Positions 9,130 to 18,998 of a DNA stretch of 64,000 nt are shown here, piece after piece (the stretch's first letter is position 1; every line of letters starts with the position of its first letter). Source of the stretch: Fluviicola sp. (GTDB lineage: Bacteria > Bacteroidota > Bacteroidia > Flavobacteriales_D > Crocinitomicaceae); NCBI RefSeq assembly GCF_029266855.1, contig NZ_JAQSWB010000002.1, forward strand, positions 544,106-608,105. The letters run 5' to 3'. Both the position numbers and the translations under genes were made by a program. The notes beneath the pieces were generated by a model, which saw only the letters and a program-made list of their open reading frames with translations, ran no database searches and was not told the DNA's origin.

Positions 9130-9356
9130 TGTGAATAATGATTAGAATTAGTCTCTACTCTGATGCGGATTTTCGAGGTGCTCCGTTGTTGATTAAATGT
9201 AAATTATCTTCAATTTGTTCGGCTAAATTTTTAGAATAAGCCTTTATTGAAAATCCTACACATATAGGAACGTGTTTCCCTGATAAATAGTTGGTGGAAT
9301 TATTGTTTTTTTATTGATGCAATATAATTACTCAAATCTTTAGGCGATTATCTTCA

Positions 9357-9391
9357 CAAAAAAAGCCTTATCTATCGAGGTAGATAAGGCT
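9357..9391 (-). terminator. Intrinsic terminator of T9SS cargo copy 2
   Basis: AGCCTTATCTA-tcgagg-TAGATAAGGCT perfect stem; the plus-strand A-run is a minus-strand U-tract. Confidence 0.7.
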
Positions 9392-9410
9392 CTCATAAGC
9401 TTGAGTTTAA

Positions 9411-12281
9411 TTATTCGTAAATAACTTTAACCGATTTGAAATCCTTGTCGCTTTTAAATTCGATGAGGTAAATACCTTTCTGGTATCCTGTCAGATCAAT
9501 TTCTTTCTCGCGGACTTTTGCTTTGGGTAAAGACAGTACCTTTTGTCCCATAAGCGAATAAATATCAACGGTATATTCTTCATCTACGTTAATTGAAACC
9601 TTGAATTTTCCGTTATTCGGATTCGGGTAAACAGTAATCTCCGAAGCATTTTCCAGTCCCCACGGTTTACTTTCCTCAGTATATTCCTCTTGATCTCCGG
9701 TTTGCATCTTCAAGCCAGGGCTATTTCCGGGATAACTGCAAGGGTGAATAAACGCCTCGAAGTAATTGGAAGAGTTGGTTGTCGAAATAAAACCCGGATT
9801 GAGGTCTATGTAAGTTCCGCCGCGGTATGTGATTTTAGAAGTGGAACCTACAACTGAAGTTGATGTTATCTGGTTCAGAACCTCATAAAATGCATTGGTG
9901 TTTTGAGCAGCTGTAAAGTTGAACGACGTATTTGCCGGACAAAACAGATCGTGCTCCCAAACTCCACGCCCAATGGTAGAAACCCTCAGTTTATTGACCT
10001 GGTAATTGATTTCCATTCCTGCAATAGGAATGTTTGGCAGATTGACTCCCAATTTTGTCCAAAAGCAACTGGATGGTGTTGTCAAACTGATTGTAGAGTT
10101 ATTGGCATAATAGATTCCTGCATCCGTTGCTGCGTAGATTCCACCGTTACTTCCTTTCTCCAAAACAATATGCAGAACACGGATGTTAGGTAACCCTCCT
10201 GAACCCGGGATTCCTGCAATATTATTGAAGACCGGGGAAGTAGGATTGGTATAATCTGCCCGGACTACTTCCAGGTTAGCCCAGACGTCACCTCCGCGTA
10301 CCAGGTAAACAATGTTCGGATTGTTATTGTCGACCGCTTTGAGACCGGAATTACTATAGTCATTTAATTCAATCCAACCGTTTTTAACATTCGAGGCAGA
10401 AGGATCCAGTATATTTGTACTCCGGTATATTTTACCGTCCCAAGTTACATTGTTCCCTAAAGAAACATAACAATAGTTGGGATTACTTGGAGCAGGATTG
10501 ATCCCCCAAATAAAATACTGGTTCGAAATGACCGGGCCAGGACTTGTTTTGAAATCTGAAATTTGCTCGATCAGACTTAAGGGATATCCACGGTTATCGG
10601 AACGGAACAAATCTTCATACAATAACGATGAACTGATATTTGTTGCTGCCTTGCAATAGAGGATATTCGGATAAGTTTTGTTTTGAGCATAAGTCACACC
10701 AAAGTCATTACTGTTGGGAAATGCGGTATAAGTATATGAACCTGCTACCCCTCCGGTTGAAGAAACAGCGGGTTTACTCACCTGATGTGCCGCCCACACG
10801 TAATTGGAATTGGAATAATCAATCAAAGGCTTCATTCCGTCACCTCCAAAGACTGTCTCCCAACTGGGAATCCAGCTACCTGAATAAACTCCACTACTCA
10901 GAACAGATCCGTCATGGTCTAAGCCCATGATGATTTTTTCCGGGTTCAAAGCTGCATTGGATGCTCCGGTGACTTTGGCAACACCTAAGCCATTACTTCT
11001 CGTAGATAAGGATGCAACCTGGTCGGATGAAAAGTTCACACCTCCATGGGTTGTTACATAAACTTCGTTACTGCAGGCTGCACATGTTGCACGCGGTGTG
11101 ATAAAGTATTCTACATCATCGTGATAGCGGGTAGGGGCGCTGGAAGAAACGACTGTCCAGGTTACACCGCCATTAATCGATTTATAGAAACGTGTACTTC
11201 TTGCAAGATACATGATGTTGGCATTGAAGTTTGATACGGCGAATCCATATCCGGCCCCTACATGATTGTTGAACGATGACAATAGGGTAGGCACTGCAAA
11301 AGTAGAAAGATCATAGCTGTATAGAGTGGCGGCCGTACTACTAGTTAAGTAAGGGTCTCCGGGAATACGCTGAATTACATAGAGTGTATTCGGGGCATTG
11401 TCTGAAACTGCTAAACTTACGTGGTTAACCGAGGTGTAAGCAGGTTGATTCGGAACACTTGTCCAGGAACTTCCCAGGTTGGTTGTGTATGCGATATCCC
11501 AAACTGAACCGTTTAAATAACTTACATACAGGTTAGATCCTCCGTTTGTGCGGAACTCCATATCATAAATTGAACCGTTGAGCACTTTAGCCCATGTAAT
11601 TGTACCTGGTGCAAGGTTGTTGATATTCGTACTGACGTAAAGTCCGATGGAAGTTGCAAGATAACCAACATTCGGTGCATTCGGATCGATCAGGATTTTC
11701 TGCAAAACTGCTGTTTCTCCATTAGCAGGATTAACAGGGTCCAGATCCAAATAATCCGCAATGTTGTACCAGTTTACCCCGGAGTTGGTGGTTCTGTAAA
11801 GTGCGCAATTTTTACCGATTGCATTATCCGAATCGTAATAAGATCCTCCGGGAGCCGAACAGGCATACCAGGTGGTTTCATTATCCGGTGCAAAATCGGC
11901 CCATTTACAACCCGACCGTGGCCATAGATCTGATCCTGTATTTGACCAGTTTTGAGCTTTGTTCGAGGAGAAAAACAATCCGCTCGCAGCAGACCAGCAC
12001 AGGAGTTTGTTGCTGTTTGTTTTATGGACAGTTATTCCACGGATAACCCCGATACCCAAATCTCCGCCACCAATGGAATTTAATCCATAATTCGGTTTAT
12101 TATAAGGTCCCAGTTCCATCCATGCATCCATATTCCCCATGGCTTTGGAAATCGGTACACCTTTCTTTTGCGCAGCCAGCCTGTTATTGTAATCCCGGGT
12201 TGTTCCGTTGGGAGCAATACGCGGTTCCCAATATAGGAGCCATTTCTGATACTCGGAGTATTCACTTCCTTCTTCGTTCAT
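9411..12281 (-). CDS. T9SS type A sorting domain protein with BNR/Asp-box (VPS10/sortilin-like) beta-propeller, copy 2; 5'-truncated
   Basis: Colinear paralogue of 5381-8215. The frame extends to LYAQ (CTG at 12389), with an in-frame TGA immediately before it (12390-12392). Confidence 0.85.
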   Translation of the reverse strand: MNEEGSEYSEYQKWLLYWEPRIAPNGTTRDYNNRLAAQKKGVPISKAMGNMDAWMELGPYNKPNYGLNSIGGGDLGIGVIRGITVHKTNSNKLLCWSAASGLFFSSNKAQNWSNTGSDLWPRSGCKWADFAPDNETTWYACSAPGGSYYDSDNAIGKNCALYRTTNSGVNWYNIADYLDLDPVNPANGETAVLQKILIDPNAPNVGYLATSIGLYVSTNINNLAPGTITWAKVLNGSIYDMEFRTNGGSNLYVSYLNGSVWDIAYTTNLGSSWTSVPNQPAYTSVNHVSLAVSDNAPNTLYVIQRIPGDPYLTSSTAATLYSYDLSTFAVPTLLSSFNNHVGAGYGFAVSNFNANIMYLARSTRFYKSINGGVTWTVVSSSAPTRYHDDVEYFITPRATCAACSNEVYVTTHGGVNFSSDQVASLSTRSNGLGVAKVTGASNAALNPEKIIMGLDHDGSVLSSGVYSGSWIPSWETVFGGDGMKPLIDYSNSNYVWAAHQVSKPAVSSTGGVAGSYTYTAFPNSNDFGVTYAQNKTYPNILYCKAATNISSSLLYEDLFRSDNRGYPLSLIEQISDFKTSPGPVISNQYFIWGINPAPSNPNYCYVSLGNNVTWDGKIYRSTNILDPSASNVKNGWIELNDYSNSGLKAVDNNNPNIVYLVRGGDVWANLEVVRADYTNPTSPVFNNIAGIPGSGGLPNIRVLHIVLEKGSNGGIYAATDAGIYYANNSTISLTTPSSCFWTKLGVNLPNIPIAGMEINYQVNKLRVSTIGRGVWEHDLFCPANTSFNFTAAQNTNAFYEVLNQITSTSVVGSTSKITYRGGTYIDLNPGFISTTNSSNYFEAFIHPCSYPGNSPGLKMQTGDQEEYTEESKPWGLENASEITVYPNPNNGKFKVSINVDEEYTVDIYSLMGQKVLSLPKAKVREKEIDLTGYQKGIYLIEFKSDKDFKSVKVIYE

Positions 12282-12291
12282 GGCTGCATTA

Positions 12292-12391
12292 CCTATTTGT
12301 TGACGTAGTATTTCAAAATACGCGTCCTTCTGTTCTTTCAGTTCGCTAAATGGAATGTCACATTCAGGAATTCCCTGTTGTGCATACAGTC
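12292..12391. repeat. 100-bp perfect direct repeat, copy 2
   Basis: Identical to 8226-8325. Confidence 0.9.
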
Positions 12392-13122
12392 ACGTCCATT
12401 CCTTCTTTTACAACTTCTTCAGCTGAAGGGATGTTAGGTAGATGTTTGTTTTCGGTAACATACTTTTCTAATTCAGGCAAAGGCATGAGTTTGTAATCGG
12501 AAGCAAATACATAATCTGCCCATTGTGCGGAACAATTAACTGCAACTCGTACTTTTTCCGTCAGGATTCCTGTTTGTACGAACAATTTGTAGTTAGCATT
12601 TGGAATACAAACAACCGAAGGGTCTCCAATCAGCATGTTTCCGTTTACAGTAAGCTGTGCTGTCGGATTGTCAGTATTAATCCCGACTTTTCCGGTGTTT
12701 GCCAGGAACATAAAATAGTTTCCGGAACCTCCGGATGCAAGGAATGGTTTCCAAAAGTTTAGTCCCTCTCTTCCCGGAACTGCTGTGGTATATTCGATAC
12801 CCCATTCTCCATGTGGCGCTGTTCCGCCCGGCGTACCTCCAAGGATCATTTGTGGTCCTCCTGCAGGATTTGGCCCGGTAAGACGTAGAATTCCGTTGTG
12901 TAAATGCAATTTTGCATCCGGGGTTAGAGTACCGATTCCTAAGAACCCATTTGTTTTTAGCATCATGTACGGAAGTCCGTTTGCTTTGAAGGCAACATCA
13001 ACATTCGTGCTTGATCCGAGGTAATGACTCGAGGTGATTGCATTGCTTGCAATAGTTGCTTGTGCAGACGCTTCCTGCGAACACACAATTAATGATAGAA
13101 CAAAAAAAAGATTTTTTTTCAT
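12364..13122 (-). CDS. Secreted GIGT-repeat tail-fibre-like protein, copy 2; C-terminus truncated after EGMDV
   Basis: Paralogue of 8272-9129; lacks the [17 protein letters not shown] coiled-coil segment and ends in out-of-frame TVCTTGNS. Confidence 0.7.
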   Translation of the reverse strand: MKKNLFFVLSLIVCSQEASAQATIASNAITSSHYLGSSTNVDVAFKANGLPYMMLKTNGFLGIGTLTPDAKLHLHNGILRLTGPNPAGGPQMILGGTPGGTAPHGEWGIEYTTAVPGREGLNFWKPFLASGGSGNYFMFLANTGKVGINTDNPTAQLTVNGNMLIGDPSVVCIPNANYKLFVQTGILTEKVRVAVNCSAQWADYVFASDYKLMPLPELEKYVTENKHLPNIPSAEEVVKEGMDVTVCTTGNS

Positions 13123-13414
13123 CGTGAATAATGATTAGAAGTTGTCTCTACTCTTTTATACGGATTTTCGAGTTGCTCCGTGGGTAACTAATGTAAACTT
13201 TTTTTATTTTAATTAGCAAAGTTTAACAATAAATTCATGCCAAAAATTTTGCGCTACTAAAAATGTAGTTGTTTGATTGTCCGGTGTTTACAGCCGTTCA
13301 TTTGTTTGAATAAAACATTTCTCGCAATATGTTAATTCATACTCTCAACAAAAAATTAGCACTACTTTTAGGTGCAAATTCCCGGGAATGATCGGGCTTA
13401 AAATTTACATTAGT

Positions 13415-14266
13415 ATGAAAATAAAAATTACAAACAAAGCAATCTTATTCCTTGCGTTAGGAATGGCTTCTTTCAGTTCAGTTGCTCAAAAGGTCAACAT
13501 GCCGGCACCAAGCCCTTTACAAACAGTTACACAAAAATTCGGTCTTGGAGAAGTAACAGTTGAATACTCCCGTCCCGCAGTAAAAGGCCGTACAATTTTC
13601 GGAGAAGTAGTTCCTTACGGAAAGATCTGGAGAACTGGGGCAAATGCTACTACAAAAATCACGTTTACAGACGATGTGAAATTGGAAGGGAATGCAGTGA
13701 AAGCAGGAACTTATGGTTTATACACAATCCCGAACAAGGACACTTGGGAAATCATGTTGTATAAAGATCTTACCCTGAACGGAAACGTAGCGGAATACAA
13801 AACGGAAAATGAAGTTTTGCGCTTTAAAGTGAAGACAATGAAGATCCCGATGAAAATGGAATCTTTGATGATTAATTTCGGCGATGTTGCTCCAACAGCT
13901 GCAACTCTGACTTTGCTTTGGGAAAACACGGTTGTGCCGATCAAAATGACAACTGATATTGATGCAAGAGTTATGCAAAGTATCGATGAATCTATGAAGT
14001 CGGATAAACCGGATTATTTCAGATCCGCAACATATTATTTCGATAATAACAAGGATTTGAAACAAGCGCTGACTTGGGTCACGAAAGCAACGGAAGAAAA
14101 CCCGACAGCATTTTACATGTTTAACCTGAAAGCTCGTATCGAATACAAACTGGGCGACAAAGCTGCCGGAAAAGCAAGTGCGGAAAAATCCATTGCCTTG
14201 GCTAAAGATGCTAAGAACGATGATTACATTGCTTTAGGTGAAAAATTATTGGCTGATAACAAGTAA
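13415..14266 (+). CDS. DUF2911 domain protein with C-terminal TPR-like helices
   Basis: PAPSP...VEYSRP...GRTIFGEVVPYGKIWRTGANATT motif. ATG 13415 preferred over 13388. Confidence 0.9.
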   Translation: MKIKITNKAILFLALGMASFSSVAQKVNMPAPSPLQTVTQKFGLGEVTVEYSRPAVKGRTIFGEVVPYGKIWRTGANATTKITFTDDVKLEGNAVKAGTYGLYTIPNKDTWEIMLYKDLTLNGNVAEYKTENEVLRFKVKTMKIPMKMESLMINFGDVAPTAATLTLLWENTVVPIKMTTDIDARVMQSIDESMKSDKPDYFRSATYYFDNNKDLKQALTWVTKATEENPTAFYMFNLKARIEYKLGDKAAGKASAEKSIALAKDAKNDDYIALGEKLLADNK

Positions 14267-14284
14267 TATTTATCATTTAAAATG

Positions 14285-14318
14285 AAAGCCTTTCTACTTC
14301 GGTGGAAAGGCTTTTTTT
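14285..14318 (+). terminator. Intrinsic terminator
   Basis: AAAGCCTTTCTAC-ttcg-GTGGAAAGGCTTTTTTT. Confidence 0.8.
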
Positions 14319-14413
14319 GTTTTCTATTGCTGTAGCTTCTGCGTAAGCGTTGTGCGCTATTGTGGTTATATATTTTACCGCATAGGGACATAGATCACAT
14401 AGTTTTTAGTTAC

Positions 14414-16150
14414 TCACGAGGTCATTGAGCTGAGTGGAGTCGAAGTACCTTTTTTCTTCACAAACAATTGAATAATCCCCGCAATGATCAATACAAGCAA
14501 ACATCCGATCACATTTAGCCAAAGGAATGAAATGACATCAGCCACATAAATCCCGATAACGATTATTTCGGTGATGATTGCTCCCCAGAAAACAGCCTTT
14601 CCTCCAATCCGTTTTAAATAGAATGCTACCAGGAAAATTCCCAGGATGGTTCCGTAAAATAAAGATCCCAATACGTTTACAGCTTCAATTAAACTTCCCA
14701 GTTTACTGGCAAACATGGCGGTTGCAATGGCAAAGATTCCCCAGCCGAATGTAAACCAGCGGGATGCCTTATAATAGTGCAATTCACTTTTGTCTTTCAC
14801 CCACATGCGCTTATAAAGATCAATCACCGTTGTGGAGGCTAATGAATTCAATGCTGCGGCAATACTTCCCCAAGCGGCCAGGAAGATCATGGCGATTAAC
14901 AGACCGATCAGCCCTTTCGGAAGGTTTTCTACGACAAAATATAAAAAAATGTAATTCGTATCGTTTGTATCTGCCGTGCTGTCGGCTTTCTTCATAACAG
15001 CCAGTGCATCTTCGCGAACGGCTTTTGTTTGAGTTTCTATTTGTAGTAAATCAGCCTGCAGGGTTTTGATCTTTGGTTGGTCTTCCGAATGGAGGGCATT
15101 TGCCAGGCGGGTCGTTTGTGTCTGACGAATAGCATTTAACGAGTCGTTCTGGATCTGAAGTGTCCGGAATTCTTCCCTGTATTCTGAAGTTAAGACTTTA
15201 TCAACTTCTTTCTGGTTAAAGAAAATAGGGGATTGAAAGAACATGTAAAACACGAAAACCAAACTTCCTACCAATAGAATGAGGAATTGCATCGGTACTT
15301 TTACCAGTCCGTTCATTAGTAAGCCTGTCCGACTCTCTTTGGTGTTTTTTGCTGTGAGATAACGTCCTACTTGTGACTGATCTGTTCCGAAATAGGAGAG
15401 TGCAAGGAAGAATCCGCCGATTAGTCCGCTCCAAATGTTGTACTTGTCTTTCCACCATTCGGAATCCGTTACGTCGATCTTTGTTTCAATGACATTTAAT
15501 TTCCCCATTTTACCGGCTACATGCAATGCATCAGTGAAACTGACATTTTTCGGGAGCATGTGAACAACCATGTATCCTGCAAGGAACATTCCGATAAATA
15601 CCACGATCAATTGCTGCATTTGGGTGTATGTGACGGCTTTTGTTCCTCCTGTTACAGTATAAATGATCAAAAATCCACCCATTACCAAATTCGTATAATA
15701 AATATTCCAGCCAAGCAGGGAAGCAAGGATGATTGAAGGGGCATAAATACTGATTCCGGTGGAAAGTGCACGCTGAACCAGGAATAAAATGGAGGCAAGT
15801 GAGCGGGTTTTCAGATCAAACCGCTGTTCCAGGTACTCATAGGCTGTAAAAACCTTTAATTTGTGGTAGATTGGAATGAAAGTCACGCATAAAACAACCA
15901 TTGCCAAAGGCAGACCGAAGTAGTATTGTACAAAACGCATTCCGTCGGTATAAGCCTGCCCTGGTGCTGAAAGGAAGGTAATGGCACTTGCTTGCGTTCC
16001 CATGATGGAAAGCAGGATGAGGATCCAGCTCATGGAATTGCTGCTCTTGAAATAACCGTCCAGGGTTTTTTCACTTTTGCTTTTATATAAGCCATAACCA
16101 ATTACAGCAAGAAGTGTAATTACAAGGACAATCCAGTCAACTGCACTCAT
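14414..16150 (-). CDS. Sodium:solute symporter (SSS) family transporter
   Basis: SIMGTQASAITFLSAPGQAY, FGTDQSQVGRYL, SIAAALNSLASTT SSS motifs. Start at ATG 16150 (MSAVDW); the ORF track starts at 16225. Confidence 0.9.
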   Translation of the reverse strand: MSAVDWIVLVITLLAVIGYGLYKSKSEKTLDGYFKSSNSMSWILILLSIMGTQASAITFLSAPGQAYTDGMRFVQYYFGLPLAMVVLCVTFIPIYHKLKVFTAYEYLEQRFDLKTRSLASILFLVQRALSTGISIYAPSIILASLLGWNIYYTNLVMGGFLIIYTVTGGTKAVTYTQMQQLIVVFIGMFLAGYMVVHMLPKNVSFTDALHVAGKMGKLNVIETKIDVTDSEWWKDKYNIWSGLIGGFFLALSYFGTDQSQVGRYLTAKNTKESRTGLLMNGLVKVPMQFLILLVGSLVFVFYMFFQSPIFFNQKEVDKVLTSEYREEFRTLQIQNDSLNAIRQTQTTRLANALHSEDQPKIKTLQADLLQIETQTKAVREDALAVMKKADSTADTNDTNYIFLYFVVENLPKGLIGLLIAMIFLAAWGSIAAALNSLASTTVIDLYKRMWVKDKSELHYYKASRWFTFGWGIFAIATAMFASKLGSLIEAVNVLGSLFYGTILGIFLVAFYLKRIGGKAVFWGAIITEIIVIGIYVADVISFLWLNVIGCLLVLIIAGIIQLFVKKKGTSTPLSSMTS

Positions 16151-16254
16151 GAGAAATGTTGTGTAAAAAAGTAAAAGAATAAGATAAGAACTACTAATGC
16201 CCCAATCACTCCGGCATAAGCCCAATTCCAGTTTTTATGATCGTTTTCTTCCAT
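16147..16254 (-). CDS. Small single-pass membrane protein (35 aa) coupled to the SSS transporter
   Basis: Hand-translated MEENDHKNWNWAYAGVIGALVVLILFFYFFTQHFS*; its stop overlaps the SSS start (ATGA). Not in the ORF track. Confidence 0.7.
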   Translation of the reverse strand: MEENDHKNWNWAYAGVIGALVVLILFFYFFTQHFS

Positions 16255-16334
16255 ACATGCATTCTGTTTCTCTTCTTCTTTTGGATTCACTTTGATGACT
16301 GCACTAACGCTTGTCATTTTATCACTAGCTTTCG

Positions 16335-18827
16335 CTAGTTCTTATTCTGAGGCAAACTCAGTAAATTCACAAACAAACGGTATGCTCCCGGAATCCCGGC
16401 AGGAAGCTCCCTGAAAAATACTAATCCGGTATAAACAAAGTTCCCCTTTCCGTGTTTGGCAATGATCAGGCTTCCTTTACTTGGTTTTTCGTTCGGATCC
16501 TGCATGGAAAATACGGTTTCATAGTGTGAATCCAATTCGGTAGCAAAATAAATTCCCCGTTCCTGGATCCAGCCGTCGAAATCTCTTTCGGTAATCACAT
16601 TCGGAGTGTTTAATACCGGGTGCTTCGGATTTATAAATTCAACTTTTGCGTTATCATCCGTTACACGATCTCTGGAAATGGTGAAAGGATAGGGTCCTAT
16701 CTTCGTTTCCATCGGAGCGATGCGGTTGTTGGTATTATACTGTACGATCAGGTTTCCTCCCTGGTGAACATAAGCCATTAATTTTTCATGGTAAACAGGC
16801 AGACGGTCATTGGTGTTGTAGGCGCGAATCCCGGTTACAATGCTTGAGTAAACACTCAGGTCTTCTTTGGCTAATAGTTCATCTGTTAAGAAAGTAACGT
16901 CGTAACCGATTTGGGTCAGGCAGGCAGGAACATTATCTCCCGCTCCCGGAATATAAGCGATCTTGTTTTTGGTTTTCTTTAGATCTAAGAATACAATCTT
17001 TGCTTCCGCATCGCTTAAAATAAATTGGTAGGGAATATGATCGTATTCGATACGTGTTATGCTTTTTGAATAAACGTTCCCGTCAACAGAAACAGAGGCT
17101 CGCAATTGACCGTCTTTACCGTTTTTATCCGGAGTCAGTATCGCTTTTACAATTTGTTCGTCGCCTTTTTTCTCCAGGTTGATCTCCGGGTTTTTAATCT
17201 CAATCTTCCAGCCGGTGGGAACAGCGACTTGTACGTTTCCTTTTACCTTTGGCGCATTTGCTTTCACTACAAACGAAATTTCTTTTGGAGTAAGTGCGCT
17301 GAAAACAAGCACCTGGTCCGAAATATTGATCGTTACGGGAGGTAAAATTTCGAATGGACGATAAACTTCACCTTTCACGGGATCAGTTGATTTGAAAACC
17401 AATCCGCGCGCTATCTGGAAATCAATTCCATCGATAGCAAGGTGATAGATCACACTTTTTGAAGCCCGGTTTTCAGGTACGCCGATTAAGGCCGGATCTT
17501 CTACTGTATACATTCCAACTGTATGCGGCTCAACAAGCCAATATGGTGCCGAGTAAGCTGTTGTTTTCGGTAGTATTTCTTTTTGATCAATGATTTCCAG
17601 CTTGTTAGTGCTTAATTGCAGGTTTGTTTCTTTGTTTGTCTGATCAATAAATGAGATTGATTTCAGTTTTACATTACCGGGATTCCGGGCAATGATCTGG
17701 GCTGAAATACTGATCTCATTTCCGGGAACGGCGCTATAATCGTTTACATAGGCTTCCATCCACAATCCGGCGCATTGCAGGATCAATTCCTGGCAAGCTG
17801 CCAGTTTCACCTTCTTCCAATAGCGGGTACTCGGATCTTTATCATCCAATTGTTGCAGTTTGGCATAGATACTTTCCAGCGCAGGTAATGATTGTTCCGG
17901 GTGCTGCGGATTGAAAGTTGAAATGCATTTGGAGATCAGTTCATCGATATTCCCGGCCGTTGAAAGCCTTTTCCATGAAGCATCGACTCCTTCGAAAATG
18001 TCTGTTGAAGCAACTTCTCCTTTTAAAAACTTAAAGTATTCGATGCTTTCTCCGCGCTGTTTCGCAGAACCGAATCCCTGACTTTTATGCATGGAGCGGC
18101 TATTCGCTGCAACTTCACCGTAATTCATTCCCAGTAAAGGGTTGTACGTTCCGACATTTAATTTGAGTTGATCTTCTGAAGTTGTATTGTTTCCGCCGAA
18201 ATTAAAAGTGTTCCAGAATATGCGCTTAGTCTGCCAGACTTCCACTTCTTTTAGCTGTTCGGGAAATTTTGTGGGATCTGCGGCCAGGTCAAATGCTTCC
18301 ATTGCCAGAATTGCTGAGGCAGTATGATGTCCATGACCACCTTCTCCGGTTGTAGGGAAACGACAAATGATCACGTCGGGCTTAAATCTGCGTATGGTTA
18401 AAACGACGTCAGCCAGTATACTGTCTTTATTCCATATTGTGAACGTTTCTTCCGGATTTTTAGAAAACCCGAAATCGTTTGCACGGGTAAAGAACTGTTC
18501 AGCTCCATCTGTTCTGCGGGCCGCGAGTAATTCTTGTGTTCGGATCAGGCCCAAAGCTTCTCCCTGTTCTTTTCCAATGAGATTTTGTCCGCCATCACCG
18601 CGGGTAAGTGATAAATAACCGGTTCTGAAATTTTTCTCTTTTGCCAGGTATCCCAGCAGCCGGGTGTTTTCATCATCCGGGTGGGCAGCTACATATAGAA
18701 CCGAACCAACGGTATTGAGTTTCTTAATTCCAAGCAGAATCTCTGCTGAATTGAGTTCCGGGGAAGTTTGAGCAAGTAGGTTTTGTCCGAATAAAAGTGT
18801 AAGACCAAGAGTGAATTGTTTAATCAT
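16335..18827 (-). CDS. PIG-L/LmbE family deacetylase, secreted, multidomain
   Basis: AAHPDDE, LTRGDGGQN, RTQELLAARR, GHGHH motifs; C-terminal glutamine-amidotransferase-like region. Start 18827 gives a signal peptide. Confidence 0.9.
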   Translation of the reverse strand: MIKQFTLGLTLLFGQNLLAQTSPELNSAEILLGIKKLNTVGSVLYVAAHPDDENTRLLGYLAKEKNFRTGYLSLTRGDGGQNLIGKEQGEALGLIRTQELLAARRTDGAEQFFTRANDFGFSKNPEETFTIWNKDSILADVVLTIRRFKPDVIICRFPTTGEGGHGHHTASAILAMEAFDLAADPTKFPEQLKEVEVWQTKRIFWNTFNFGGNNTTSEDQLKLNVGTYNPLLGMNYGEVAANSRSMHKSQGFGSAKQRGESIEYFKFLKGEVASTDIFEGVDASWKRLSTAGNIDELISKCISTFNPQHPEQSLPALESIYAKLQQLDDKDPSTRYWKKVKLAACQELILQCAGLWMEAYVNDYSAVPGNEISISAQIIARNPGNVKLKSISFIDQTNKETNLQLSTNKLEIIDQKEILPKTTAYSAPYWLVEPHTVGMYTVEDPALIGVPENRASKSVIYHLAIDGIDFQIARGLVFKSTDPVKGEVYRPFEILPPVTINISDQVLVFSALTPKEISFVVKANAPKVKGNVQVAVPTGWKIEIKNPEINLEKKGDEQIVKAILTPDKNGKDGQLRASVSVDGNVYSKSITRIEYDHIPYQFILSDAEAKIVFLDLKKTKNKIAYIPGAGDNVPACLTQIGYDVTFLTDELLAKEDLSVYSSIVTGIRAYNTNDRLPVYHEKLMAYVHQGGNLIVQYNTNNRIAPMETKIGPYPFTISRDRVTDDNAKVEFINPKHPVLNTPNVITERDFDGWIQERGIYFATELDSHYETVFSMQDPNEKPSKGSLIIAKHGKGNFVYTGLVFFRELPAGIPGAYRLFVNLLSLPQNKN

Positions 18828-18998
18828 GATGTGTGTGTCTGTGTAATATCGTGCGCAATAATAACGGAAATATGCCATTTGGAAGCTAAAAACCTCTTGG
18901 CTTTAACAATTCTTTAAAGAGTTTACGGATTACAGCGTTCCTTTTTTTGTAACTTGAATAAATGTTTTTGCAACTTCGCAAAAGCCTGATTGAAGCTC

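Noticed and set aside
8226-12391. DGR template/variable repeat pair
   Set aside because: The copies are identical (no adenine-specific mismatches), they are not at a gene 3' end, and no reverse transcriptase is present.
8272-12392. Programmed frameshift fusing the fibre gene to the T9SS gene (which would supply a signal peptide)
   Set aside because: Copy 1 would need a -1 shift and copy 2 a +1 shift, so there is no conserved mechanism. No canonical X-XXY-YYZ heptamer is present in copy 1. The UCC-UGA at the copy-2 stop is noted but probably coincidental. Ribo-seq could still test this.
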